Assembly: GCA_963740085.1 (NCBI GenBank)
Contig: CAVUCU010000005.1
Span: 416,001-480,000 of the forward strand
Reading direction: 5' to 3'
Length of the DNA stretch: 64,000 bases
From: Nitrospirota bacterium
GTDB taxonomy: Bacteria; Nitrospirota; UBA9217
How positions within the stretch are numbered: position 1 is the first letter of the stretch; each line of letters opens with the position of its first letter. Position numbers and translations under genes: made by a program. A model generated the notes under the pieces. That model had not been told where the DNA came from. It did not search any database and was given only the letters and a program-made list of their open reading frames with translations. Of this stretch, positions 1-9,655 are shown in pieces.

Positions 1-1390
1 TGAACGCGTCATCAAAACCCTCGGTCAGGGACAGAATGAAGTCCTTCTTCACGAGGCCTTCTTTTATGATCACGTGCATCATGCCGTTCAGAAGCGCCAC
101 GTCCGTACCGGGTTTGTGCTGAATCCAGATGTCCGCAAACCGGACGAGCGGCACCCGCCGCGGGTCGGCGATGATGATCTTTGCGCCTTTCCGCTTGGCC
201 TTGATCATCCTGAGCGCAATGATGGGGTGGTTCTCCTTGGTGTTCGAACCGATGACGAACAGCACCTCGTTGTTCTCGATCTCCTGCATGGAGTTCGTCA
301 TTGCCCCGGAACCGAATACCGTAGCCAGACCGGCCACCGTCGAGCTATGTCAGAGACGCGCGCAGTGATCAACATTGTTCGTGCCGATGACCGCGCGGAT
401 GAATTTCTGGAACAGGTAGTTCTCTTCATTGGTACAGCGTGCCGAGGCAAGGCCGCCGATAGCATCGGGACCGTGCTTCTGCTTTATGGCGATGAGTTTT
501 TCTGCGATGTAATCGAACGCCTCGTCCCAGGAGGCGGGAACGAATGTTCCGTCTTTTTTGATAAGCGGCGTCGTGAGGCGGTCGGGACTATTGATAAAAC
601 TTTGTCCATACCGACCCTTGACGCAGAGCCATCCTTCGTTGATGGTATCCGGCCTCGAGGTGACGCGCACGACTTCGTTCCTGCTCACGTGCAAGGTGAG
701 GTTGCAGCCGCAGCCGCAGTAGCCGCATACGGTCTCAACCTCCTTCACATCCTTCTGTCTGCCCTTGCCAAGAGACTGTTTGCCGATCAGCGCGCCGGTG
801 GGACAGAGGCTCACGCACTGGCCGCAGAACTCGCAATCCAGGTCCTTTTCAAAGGGCGGCGCTACTTTGGCGGTGAATCCGCGGCCGGCCACATCGATGG
901 CACCGAGGCCCTGGATCTCTTCGCACACGCGCACACACTTGCCGCAAAGAATGCATTTTTCCATGTCCCGTTCAATGAACGGGTTCATGTCCTTCTTGGT
1001 GTACTGCCGCCGTTCACCGTAGAACCGGTTCGACCGGAGGTCGTAGAAATAGGCCAGTTCCTGCAGTGTGCAGTCGCCGGCCCGCTCGCAGACCATGCAG
1101 TCATTCGGATGGTCGGACAGGAGGAGTTCGACGATGGTCCGTCGCTGTCGCTCGATCTGCTCGTTCGAGGTCTCCACCTCTATTCCTTCGGTTGCGGGCG
1201 TGGTACATGCGGAAACCAGCCGCGGCATGCCTTTTACCTGGACCAGGCAAAGTCTGCATCCGCCATGGGGCTCGAGCCGCGGATCATCGCAGAGTGTGGG
1301 GATGTAAATATCGTTCCGACGCGCCGCATCAAGGATGGTGACATTGTCGGGAACGGATATTTGCCTGCCATTTATGGTGAGCTTAATCAT
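1..1390 (-). CDS. fdhA: Selenocysteine-containing formate dehydrogenase alpha subunit with N-terminal NuoG-like Fe-S domain (runs off the window start)
   Basis: ORF 350..1390 ends at [12 protein letters not shown]. The same frame continues open as [20 protein letters not shown]...[10 protein letters not shown]...DPRR...[11 protein letters not shown] to base 1. N-terminal Fe-S motifs and CGYCGCGC of the molybdopterin domain are present. Confidence 0.95.
321..352 (-). promoter_or_regulatory. Sec codon (TGA 350-352) and bacterial SECIS hairpin
   Basis: Minus strand reads UGA CAU AGC UCG ACG GUGGCC-GGUCU-GGCUAC. The stem and apical GGUCU closely resemble the E. coli fdhF SECIS (GCAGGUCUGC) at the same spacing. 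Confidence 0.9.
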
Positions 1391-1393
1391 ATG

Positions 1394-3172
1394 CTACCCT
1401 TTTTTTATTGACTTGAACTTGCACTTGTCGTAACAGGCGCCGCACTTGATGCAGAGGTCCTGATTGATCACGTGCGGTTTCTTTTTCTCTCCCGTAATGG
1501 CTCCCGAAGGACATACCCGAGCGCATGCGGTACAGCCCGTGCAGGTCGCCTCGATTATGCTGTACGTCAGGAGGTCCTTGCACACGCCGGCAGGACAGCG
1601 CTTCTCGTTGATATGCGCCTCGTACTCGTCCCGGAAATATTTGATCGTGCTCAGGATGGGGTTCGGCGCTGTCTGGCCCAGTCCGCAGAGGGACGACGTC
1701 TTGACGTCGCTGCTCAGGGTTTCGAGCAGATCGATGTCGCCCTTCCGGCCCTTGCCTTCGGTGATCCTCGTCAGGATTTCCAGCAGCCGCTTGGTGCCGA
1801 CCCTGCAGGGCACGCACTTGCCGCAGGACTCGGACTTGGTGAACTCGAGAAAGTACTTGGCCATGTTCACCATGCAGTCGGTCTCGTCCAGGACCACCAT
1901 GCCGCCGGAGCCCATGATGGACCCGACCTTGCCGAGCGATTCATAATCGACAGGCGTGTCAACCATGCTGGCCGGGATGCAGCCTCCGGAAGGACCGCCG
2001 GTCTGGACCGCCTTGAGTTTCCTGCCTCCCTCGATGCCGCCGCCGATGTCGTAGATGATCTCTTTGAGCGGGATGCCCATGGGCACTTCGATAAGGCCCG
2101 AGTTCAGGATCTTGCCGGTGAGCGCAAAGACCTTGGTCCCCTTGCTCTTCTCCGTGCCCATGTCTGCATACCACGCGGCGCCATTGCGCATGATGTATGG
2201 CACGTTCGCGAGTGTTTCCACATTATTAATGATGGTAGGATAGCCCCAGAGTCCCTTCTGGACCGGAAAGGGCGGCTTGGCACGCGGCTGGCCGCGTTTG
2301 CCTTCGATGGACGCGATGAGCGCCGTCTCTTCGCCGCAGACGAAAGCGCCCGCGCCGAGCTTTACCTTGATCGTAAAATCGAACCCTTTTCCCAGGATGT
2401 TCTTGCCGAGGAATCCCCGCTCCTTTGCCCGTTTGATCGCAAGGTGGAGGCGTTCCACCGCAAGCGGGTACTCCGCCCTGATATAAACGTAGCCGTACGG
2501 CGCGCCGATGGCATAGGCGCCGATGATCATCCCCTCGATCACGGCGTGAGGATTTCCTTCGACAACGGAGCGATCCATGAACGCCCCGGGGTCTCCTTCG
2601 TCGGCGTTGCAGATAAGGTACTTGATGGGGCCGGGGGCCTTGATCGCCATGTCCCACTTCACCGCGGTCGGGAAGCCGGCCCCGCCGCGGCCGCGGAGCC
2701 CTGACGCCTTGATCACGTCGATCGTCTCCTGAGGGGTCATGGTAGTGAGGACCTTCTTCGTTGCCTCGTATCCGTTCCGGCTGATGTAGGAGTCGATATC
2801 TTCGGGGTCCACCTCTCCGCAATCCAAGAGCACGACCTTCACCTGCTTGTCGTGGAACGTGTGGTAATCGTCCGACACGAGCCAGTCCGCGACCGGGGCT
2901 CCTCCCACGATGTGCTCGTTCACGATCCGCTCGACCATGTCCGGTTTGATGTACTGATACGTGGATTTGCTTCCGTTGATGGACACGTCCACGAGAACAT
3001 CACGGGCGCAGAATCCCCGGCAGCCGACCTTGTGCATCGAGCAGTTCTTCGCGACAGTCGCCTGGAGGCCGGCATCCGCAAGCGCTTTTTCGAAGGTGGA
3101 CATCACCTCCACGCCGCCGGCCGCGATCCCGCCCGTGCCCATGCAAACCTTTATCGATATGTCTTTCTTCAT
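1394..3172 (-). CDS. nuoF: NADH/FMN-binding subunit, NuoF/HydB/HylB family
   Basis: SGLRGRGGAGFPT, CNADEGDPGAFMDR, GAGAFVCGEETAL and ESCGKCVPCRVG motifs. It has an N-terminal thioredoxin-like 2Fe-2S domain and a C-terminal 2x[4Fe-4S] domain, as in HydB-type bifurcating subunits. Confidence 0.93.
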   Translation of the reverse strand: MKKDISIKVCMGTGGIAAGGVEVMSTFEKALADAGLQATVAKNCSMHKVGCRGFCARDVLVDVSINGSKSTYQYIKPDMVERIVNEHIVGGAPVADWLVSDDYHTFHDKQVKVVLLDCGEVDPEDIDSYISRNGYEATKKVLTTMTPQETIDVIKASGLRGRGGAGFPTAVKWDMAIKAPGPIKYLICNADEGDPGAFMDRSVVEGNPHAVIEGMIIGAYAIGAPYGYVYIRAEYPLAVERLHLAIKRAKERGFLGKNILGKGFDFTIKVKLGAGAFVCGEETALIASIEGKRGQPRAKPPFPVQKGLWGYPTIINNVETLANVPYIMRNGAAWYADMGTEKSKGTKVFALTGKILNSGLIEVPMGIPLKEIIYDIGGGIEGGRKLKAVQTGGPSGGCIPASMVDTPVDYESLGKVGSIMGSGGMVVLDETDCMVNMAKYFLEFTKSESCGKCVPCRVGTKRLLEILTRITEGKGRKGDIDLLETLSSDVKTSSLCGLGQTAPNPILSTIKYFRDEYEAHINEKRCPAGVCKDLLTYSIIEATCTGCTACARVCPSGAITGEKKKPHVINQDLCIKCGACYDKCKFKSIKKG

Positions 3173-3273
3173 GAATGCTCCAGCACCGATCTAAAATAAA
3201 GGCAAAATGAATAACTCAAAATGCAAAGTGCGAAATTAAGGACCTCGCCTCGCTCAAAAAACTTTTGCATTTT

Positions 3274-3762
3274 TCATTTTGAATTTTGCACTTGCGGTTG
3301 CTCTCCTGCCTTCAATGTTTTCATTTCTTTTACGAGCTTGTCCGGCGTCATCTTGCCGTGTACTGTCTTATTAACGATGATAACCGGAGCGATGCTGCAC
3401 GCGCCGACACAGTTTACCTTTTCAACCGTGAACTTGAGATCTTCCGACGTGTCTTCGCCCGCGGGGATGGCCAGTTCTTTTACCAGGCTGTTGATCAGCC
3501 GATCGGAGCCCTTGACGTGACACGCGGTGCCGCAGCATGCCGTGATCACGTTCCTGCCCCTCGGTTTCAGATGAAACTGCGCATAGAACGTCGCGACGCC
3601 GTAGAACCTCGCAAGCGGTATGTCGAGCTGCTCGGAGATCCAGGTGACCGCGTCTTCACGCAGATAACCGAATTCGCTTTCAAGGTCCTGCAGGATCGAG
3701 ATCAGGTTCCCTTCGTTCTCGCGGTACCGCGAAAGTACGCCTTCCAGTTTTTCTTCCATCAT
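3274..3762 (-). CDS. nuoE: 2Fe-2S subunit, NuoE/HydC/HylC family
   Basis: GVATFYAQF, CCGTACHVKG and NCVGACSIAP motifs. Confidence 0.92.
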   Translation of the reverse strand: MMEEKLEGVLSRYRENEGNLISILQDLESEFGYLREDAVTWISEQLDIPLARFYGVATFYAQFHLKPRGRNVITACCGTACHVKGSDRLINSLVKELAIPAGEDTSEDLKFTVEKVNCVGACSIAPVIIVNKTVHGKMTPDKLVKEMKTLKAGEQPQVQNSK

Positions 3763-3779
3763 TCTCTTCCTCGTGAGAC

Positions 3780-3812
3780 AAAAAGGGCCGCCTCAATTAT
3801 CCCGGCAGCCCT
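3780..3812 (-). terminator. Intrinsic terminator-like hairpin between acsB and the nuoE-like gene
   Basis: Minus strand AGGGCTGCC-N11-GGCGGCCCT followed by a T run. Confidence 0.6.
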
Positions 3813-3930
3813 GTGAAAACGCAGGTCGTGAGGCGAAGGTCATGAAACCCGAAGAGCGAGCGAAGAAGGTGAACGCTATATTATACACCCCCGCGGCCTC
3901 CGGTCGCCACACGCTCACACCTCAGTCCTC

Positions 3931-6132
3931 TTAGAACATCGGGTCCATGGTAAGCGCCGGATGGCCTTTGGCGGTCAGGAACTCCATCATCTTGTCCGAA
4001 TCCTCCGCCACGGTCTCATCGGCGATCCTGTCCATCAGATCAGGGATCCCCTCTTCTTCGGCGCGTTGCTTGAATTGTTCGGCAAAGGACTCTTTCAGGT
4101 TCTTGGTCATCCAGACGATGCGTTTGAATCCGCCGTCTGCCGAAAGGAACTTCTTGCTCGTGAGAAAGAATCTTCCGATGCCCATAAAGCCCGGGGTCTG
4201 GGCCCCGCCGCCCACGGTGCCGGCAAGGGTCGAGAACTTCATCCCGATGGGGGTCATGCCTGTATAGCCGCGGTTCACGATCATCACGCCGTTTGCCTCG
4301 GGCACGATGGCCATGATGCATTCAAAGCAGCCACAGGAGGTCATGGGTGCGTCCATGATCGTGTAGGCATTGAAATACTCGAGCGCCTGGTGCGAGTTCG
4401 TATACACAAACTCGTCCACGCCCTTCCAGCGCCCCTTGACCGCATCGAGGACTTCGCCTTTCAGCACCGGCTGGTTCGCTCCATTCGGGTCGATCTCATA
4501 GGCGGCCTTGGCATCGAGCCAGTTGTAGGCGCCGCACAGGCCGAGCCGCTCGGGAGACACCACGCATACGTGGTTCGGCGCGAAGCTCTGGCAGAGAAGG
4601 CAGGAATAGAAGGTGTCAACGGACTCGTCGGTCATCGTGGCAAGACGTACATCGCGTTCGAGGTAGGCCTTTCGCGCTTCCTCAACCTTAGCCTTCACGT
4701 CGGCTTCGTCCACATAGAGGGTCACCTGGACCTTGTCCACGATATTGTTGAACTTGTGCTTGAGCTGGGTCGTGAGGATGTCACCGAAGTGTCTGAGAAC
4801 GTATCCTTCAGCGAGCGCGGCCTTACTCACGCGGAACCAATCCTGGTCGCGCTGGCCCATGTGCCAGATACCCTGTGCCTCGTTGATGAAGTGATGGATC
4901 TTGCGCTCAAGCACGGGTTCAAAGTCCTTCTGCATCTTGCGGCCTGCCACTTCGATTATAACGGCGAGCGGCATCTGGCCGCCCTTCTTGTATCGTTCAT
5001 CGGCATCCTTGCCAACGATTGTAACTTTTCCGTCCTCGACCTTGTCCAGGTCCGTCATGTGCAGCCATTCGAACGCCGGCGTGCGCTGTCCGCCCATCTC
5101 GATGTGCATGTCTTCCTTCCGGATGCGCTCTCCTTCGAACGCCGGGCCAAAGGCAACCGGAATCGGCGGCTTCGATACCGTAATCTTGAGACCGCGCACC
5201 TCGATGCACTTTTGTACGAGCTTGGCGGGATCGAGCTCCTTGGCCACTTCTTCGTAGATCGTTACGCCGGTGACCTCGATGGTCGGGATGTCCGTATTCG
5301 CGATCGCCGGGAAGCCCATGTCGATCGCGCCGGCGCCCGTTGTCCATATGCGGTCGTTCAGGGGGCCAAGCACCATGACGAAGGCGAACACCTTGTCCTT
5401 GGAATATTTGAGTATCTTCTTGTAGTCGCCGCCCTTCATGCCGCCGAACGTGATGCCCGCCCGTGCGGCCCAGTTCACCGCATAGATCGCATGCTCCACT
5501 TCGGGTCCAAGCGGGACAAGACGAGTGTCCCAGCCGAGCTGTACGCCCTTCCGGAGGAGTTGTTTGGTCATGCTGTCCCCGTTCACGTTGCCGCACAGGA
5601 GCGTAAGAATGTTCTTCTGCTGAAGGTCCCGGGCGATCTCGAATGCCTGTTCATCGCTGTCCGCCGCTCCGACGATCACCACGTAGCCCGGCATGGAACC
5701 GTCCACCAGCTGCACGCCGAGGTTCCGGAGAATGGTGTCCGAGATGAACCCGTTGTAGGTAAGGCCGATGGCGTCGTCCTTCACGGGCTCCTCTCCGTAG
5801 ATGTACCGGACGGCCATGATCATTTCCTGGGCAAACAGCGTCACCATGCCTGCGTCGAGCGCCTCTCCCAGATACGGTCTGTAAAGATGGTCGTCAGGCG
5901 CGTTCGAAACCAGCGGTTTCACCTTCTGCTCAAGCGCGGTCTTCATGTCGCCCAGGGTGCGGACCTCAAAACCCGTCATGGCGAACATCTGCGGCAGAAA
6001 GTACGCCGTATCAGGGAACTCGAACTTGAAATCCGCTCCTTTTTCGGTAATGGCCTTTTCGACAAGCGCCTCGGCCTGCTTTACGTAGTAGTGGGATCCC
6101 AAAATAGCCCCGGTGGCAATGACTTTTGACAT
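3931..6132 (-). CDS. acsB: Acetyl-CoA synthase (CODH/ACS beta subunit), bacterial type
   Basis: A-cluster motifs FYSCLLCQSFAPNHVC..PERLGLCGA and PMTSCGCFEC; 733 aa. Confidence 0.97.
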   Translation of the reverse strand: MSKVIATGAILGSHYYVKQAEALVEKAITEKGADFKFEFPDTAYFLPQMFAMTGFEVRTLGDMKTALEQKVKPLVSNAPDDHLYRPYLGEALDAGMVTLFAQEMIMAVRYIYGEEPVKDDAIGLTYNGFISDTILRNLGVQLVDGSMPGYVVIVGAADSDEQAFEIARDLQQKNILTLLCGNVNGDSMTKQLLRKGVQLGWDTRLVPLGPEVEHAIYAVNWAARAGITFGGMKGGDYKKILKYSKDKVFAFVMVLGPLNDRIWTTGAGAIDMGFPAIANTDIPTIEVTGVTIYEEVAKELDPAKLVQKCIEVRGLKITVSKPPIPVAFGPAFEGERIRKEDMHIEMGGQRTPAFEWLHMTDLDKVEDGKVTIVGKDADERYKKGGQMPLAVIIEVAGRKMQKDFEPVLERKIHHFINEAQGIWHMGQRDQDWFRVSKAALAEGYVLRHFGDILTTQLKHKFNNIVDKVQVTLYVDEADVKAKVEEARKAYLERDVRLATMTDESVDTFYSCLLCQSFAPNHVCVVSPERLGLCGAYNWLDAKAAYEIDPNGANQPVLKGEVLDAVKGRWKGVDEFVYTNSHQALEYFNAYTIMDAPMTSCGCFECIMAIVPEANGVMIVNRGYTGMTPIGMKFSTLAGTVGGGAQTPGFMGIGRFFLTSKKFLSADGGFKRIVWMTKNLKESFAEQFKQRAEEEGIPDLMDRIADETVAEDSDKMMEFLTAKGHPALTMDPMF

Positions 6133-6146
6133 GGCAAACTCCTTCT

Positions 6147-6240
6147 TGAGAAATCCTAAATTATAATCTCTAAATCCGAAATAGTCTCAAAATCCAAAAT
6201 ACCATTGGTTAGAGTTTAGGGGTTCGGATTTCGTGCTTGC
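6147..6240. repeat. Heptamer-based imperfect inverted repeat element (AAATCCT/AAATCCG family)
   Basis: aaatcctaaatt...aaatccgaaata...ttag...atttcgtgctt; shares its arms with 17986-18100. Confidence 0.65.
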
Positions 6241-6246
6241 TTCTCC

Positions 6247-7587
6247 CTACGCTCTCGCCTTCAGAAAGGTCGGGAGCTGGTTGGCCTCTCGCGGCCCCAC
6301 GGTAATCTTCCAGCCCGGCAGTTTCTCTTCCAGAGATCCGGAAAGCACAGCCACATAACCGGGGATGATGAGCTCCTTATGGTTGATGTTCTTCTCTACG
6401 CCGCTCTCGGTAACGAACTGGGCGATCTTGCTGGCGGTAAACTTGCCTGCGGCCCAGGCCGTGAGAACGGAAAGGCCTTCGTTGTCCATGACCGCGAGCC
6501 ACGCCGGCACCTTGCTGTTTTCCACCTCGCCGCGTACGATAAAGTACGATAACGAGAAGTTCGTCGTGATCATGAGCGGCGAGCCCTCTTTTGCATCGCC
6601 GACCTTGTAAACGTTCTGGGCAACCTGCATAGGCACCTGCGGGTCGGTGTAGATGTTCTGGCGAAGCGACAGCAGAGCGAGCATCTTCCATTTTTCGACG
6701 TTGTTCAAAATGATGATGGAAGCGTACTTCATCGTACCGACGGCGGCGGTCATGGCCTCGGCGACGGTATCGTCGCGGTTCGCAAAAGCGATCACCGGGT
6801 ATCCAAGGGGTTTGAAGTTCTTCTTGATCGCTGCCCGGCGGATGATAGTGTAATGCTCGATCATGTCCTTGGCCTTGCGCGCGCCGGAGTCGAGCACGAG
6901 GTCGTCAACACCGAGGGCCTTGACCTTCTCGGACAGCGAGGTGAGCGCATCGAGTCCTTCTGCTGAGACCGCAAGAGAGGCCTTCTTCTCTTTCGCTATC
7001 TTGGCCATTGCCTCCGCGTTCTCGGCAGTCGCAGCGTAGATCAGCGGCTTCTTGTCCGCGCAGTGTGCAATGCCCGCTTCAATGATCGCGGGGTTCTTGC
7101 TCACCAGGATCAGCGGCACACCCGGCGCTCCGTCCACGACCTGTTTCACAACCGAGGCGAACTTCGCCGCATCGCCGCCCTCGTCGGTCACGGCAATGGC
7201 GTCAACCCGGAGCTTCTGTCCGACCCGGTCGATCTCGGAGGTCTTGACCATCTCTATCTTCTTTGCCGCAGCGTCGCCGGCCTCGGAGGCCTTTATCGCG
7301 ACCGCGAAAAGGTTGGGGTTGAAGAATTTCTTTTCATGACGGAACAGGCAGATCTCGCCGCCCACCTTCACAGCCTTGTCTCCGACGCCGAGCGTGATGT
7401 CCCGGATCGGCGGTGCAGCCGACTCGCCCAGGATCTTTTTGGCGTCGTCAGACGCATCCGGGCAGGCATCGAGGCTCGCCTGCTTTGCCGCGAGCTTCAT
7501 GGCAAAGGCCAGGCAGGTCGGGTGGCCGCACTTCTTGCAGTTTGTCTTTGGAAGATGTTTGAATATTTCAACTCCGGAGAGTGCCAT
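6247..7587 (-). CDS. acsC: Corrinoid iron-sulfur protein large (gamma) subunit
   Basis: LPKTNCKKCGHPTCLAFAMKL Fe-S motif; TTNFSLSYF and GLSVLTAWAAGKF. Confidence 0.97.
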   Translation of the reverse strand: MALSGVEIFKHLPKTNCKKCGHPTCLAFAMKLAAKQASLDACPDASDDAKKILGESAAPPIRDITLGVGDKAVKVGGEICLFRHEKKFFNPNLFAVAIKASEAGDAAAKKIEMVKTSEIDRVGQKLRVDAIAVTDEGGDAAKFASVVKQVVDGAPGVPLILVSKNPAIIEAGIAHCADKKPLIYAATAENAEAMAKIAKEKKASLAVSAEGLDALTSLSEKVKALGVDDLVLDSGARKAKDMIEHYTIIRRAAIKKNFKPLGYPVIAFANRDDTVAEAMTAAVGTMKYASIIILNNVEKWKMLALLSLRQNIYTDPQVPMQVAQNVYKVGDAKEGSPLMITTNFSLSYFIVRGEVENSKVPAWLAVMDNEGLSVLTAWAAGKFTASKIAQFVTESGVEKNINHKELIIPGYVAVLSGSLEEKLPGWKITVGPREANQLPTFLKARA

Positions 7588-7606
7588 TAGTGACTCCTTT
7601 CAGGTC

Positions 7607-7680
7607 TTAACCATGGAGAGCACAGAGCAAATCTTGAATCTCAACCGCATGAATATCTTCTCTGTGACCTCTGTGGTGAA
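7607..7680. repeat. CACAGAG...CTCTGTG inverted repeat element
   Basis: Its reverse complement begins ttcaccacagaggtcacaga, identical to the start of the copy at 11405. Confidence 0.7.
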
Positions 7681-7688
7681 ATTATTGA

Positions 7689-8627
7689 TTACATCAACTC
7701 GGCTATGAATTCCTTTGCCCTTGCCACAGCTCCGGGATGGCGCATGATCAGCATATCCGCGCCTGCCGTGATCATGGCCGAGGCAGTGACGGCTTCCCAT
7801 GCAAGCGCCCGATCTTCCAGCTTGCCCCACTCCGGCACCTCGGAATCGGGCGCCATGGTCTCCTTGACCTTCCAGACATTAGCGCCGATATCACAGATGA
7901 TCGGGGTCTGCATCATGGGATCATTCTGCAGGAGTGCGGCCAGACGGATCCGCTCCATCACACTATAGGTATATTCAAGGCCGTATCCCAAGGCTGAGGA
8001 CATGGGGTCCATGATGATCTTCTCTTTGTCGAAACCCATCTGGGAAAGCAGGATGTTGAGCTGCTTGGCAAGGTTCACGTCCAGCTGGCTCATGGCGATG
8101 AGCTTGTGTTCGTTCGCCATTGCGGCCGCCGCGACGGTCTTGTAGTTCTCCTCCACGGCCTTGCCGATCGCGCAGTTCTTCCCGCGCGTGGCCGCCGCCG
8201 CTGCCTGGAGCACCTGGGTGTCTTTCTCAGCAGCGCCGCTTCCGAGAATGATAAGCGGGATGTCGATCGCCGCCGCGACCTCCGCCGCGACCTTGCCCGC
8301 CTCTTCAGGGCTCTTGTTCTGCTGGTCCGGGTGCGTTCCCATGAGCCGGAGCGCAATAATGTCCGCGCCGTTCTGCTGGCAGAATTTCGCCCAGGCAACG
8401 GGGCTGGCTCCCGCACCGCCGATGGCCTTCTTCAGGGTCTCAGGCCAATCATCCGGAGCAATGTCCATAACCTCCATCGCGACAGCCGGCCTGTTCGGGA
8501 ACGTTCCCTCGAATCCCAGAAAGGGCAGGGCGCTCGCCCCTCCGATCGTCACCGCTTTTGCGCCGGAACCGATCTTTACGTTGTAGATCTTGCCGCTATA
8601 CGTCTCTTTCGGTATTACGAGTGCCAT
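7689..8627 (-). CDS. acsD: Corrinoid iron-sulfur protein small (delta) subunit
   Basis: DVNLAKQLN and ALGYGLEYTYSVMERIRLAAL motifs. Confidence 0.96.
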   Translation of the reverse strand: MALVIPKETYSGKIYNVKIGSGAKAVTIGGASALPFLGFEGTFPNRPAVAMEVMDIAPDDWPETLKKAIGGAGASPVAWAKFCQQNGADIIALRLMGTHPDQQNKSPEEAGKVAAEVAAAIDIPLIILGSGAAEKDTQVLQAAAAATRGKNCAIGKAVEENYKTVAAAAMANEHKLIAMSQLDVNLAKQLNILLSQMGFDKEKIIMDPMSSALGYGLEYTYSVMERIRLAALLQNDPMMQTPIICDIGANVWKVKETMAPDSEVPEWGKLEDRALAWEAVTASAMITAGADMLIMRHPGAVARAKEFIAELM

Positions 8628-8753
8628 AAAAGCCTCCTCGAAAAAATATTACGTATATTATCAGATTTATTTTCTTCGGACAACAAAAAACATAACAAAT
8701 TGTAACAAAAAACCGGGTGGTAAATAAGTATCACGCTGAAAATCAAGGAATAC

Positions 8754-9542
8754 TTACATATCGAGATATGAATGGGCATACATCTTTTTGCCCATGATCA
8801 TCTCCGTGGTCTTGACCGTGTCCATCATGTCCTTGTCGAGCGGATCGATGATGGCAGCCGTCAACCCCTCGTAGATGAGCATGGTGAGAAAGTTCCGGTT
8901 GATGATCGGGCGAACATGCTTCGGGGCACCGTTCGAAATGTTCGAAAGCCCGACCACGGTCTGCATCGGGGGATCGTTCAACTGCTGGAACATCTTAACG
9001 GCACGGATGGCCTGTAGACCCTGGTCCTGCATCGTTGCGAGCTGGAGAATGAGCGGATCAAGGAAGAGATTCTCTAAAGGCACGTCATGCTCCATGGCCC
9101 GGGCCATGATCTCGGCCGCGATTCCGCAGCGGTCCTCGGCATCCGCCGGGATGCTGCCCTTGCCCAGGGTAAGCGCGATGATCTTCGCGTTGTACTTGCC
9201 GGCCAGCTCCATCATCGGAAAACGCTCCGGTTCATTGGACGTGGAGTTGATGATGGGCGCTCCCCACGCGTTGTTGTGCGCCTTGAGTCCTGCTTCCATG
9301 GCCTTTATGTTCGTCGTGTCGAGGCAAAGCGGCTTTTCCACGACTTCCTGCAGGACCTTCACCGCCCAATCCATGAGTTTGGGGCCGTTATCTTCGGCCG
9401 GACCGATGGAAATGTCGATGAAATGCGCGCCCGCCTTGTCCTGTGCCACGGCGAGGTCCTGGAGAGGCTTCGGATCGAACTTCGTGAGGGCCTCACGCAC
9501 CTTCTTGGCGATTACACTGATCTTTTCTCCGATTATTATCAT
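8754..9542 (-). CDS. acsE: Methyltetrahydrofolate:corrinoid methyltransferase
   Basis: Pterin-binding fold motifs MIIIGEKI, PLCLDTTN, IINST and GLSNISNG; adjacent to acsD. Confidence 0.93.
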   Translation of the reverse strand: MIIIGEKISVIAKKVREALTKFDPKPLQDLAVAQDKAGAHFIDISIGPAEDNGPKLMDWAVKVLQEVVEKPLCLDTTNIKAMEAGLKAHNNAWGAPIINSTSNEPERFPMMELAGKYNAKIIALTLGKGSIPADAEDRCGIAAEIMARAMEHDVPLENLFLDPLILQLATMQDQGLQAIRAVKMFQQLNDPPMQTVVGLSNISNGAPKHVRPIINRNFLTMLIYEGLTAAIIDPLDKDMMDTVKTTEMIMGKKMYAHSYLDM

Positions 9543-9655
9543 CGTCAGAAATTTCTCCTTTCAAAATAAGCAAATAGCCATTAAGACACGAGCTGTTTAA
9601 AAACGATCCTAACCACTGGGGTATTTTATTCAGCAACGCAATCTCTTTTTTCTAT

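Noticed and set aside
350-352. Premature stop suggesting an fdhA pseudogene
   Set aside because: It falls at the catalytic Cys/Sec position, is followed by a SECIS, and the frame stays open.
1394-3762. Respiratory complex I nuoEF
   Set aside because: No membrane nuo genes nearby; the extra Fe-S domains and linkage to FDH indicate a soluble HydBC/Hyl-type module.
3961-6129. 722-aa plus-strand ORF, and similar long ORFs at 74-1411, 15202-17337, 22604-23932 and 42126-43601
   Set aside because: Antisense shadows of well-conserved minus-strand genes, expected with high-GC codon bias; no recognisable motifs.
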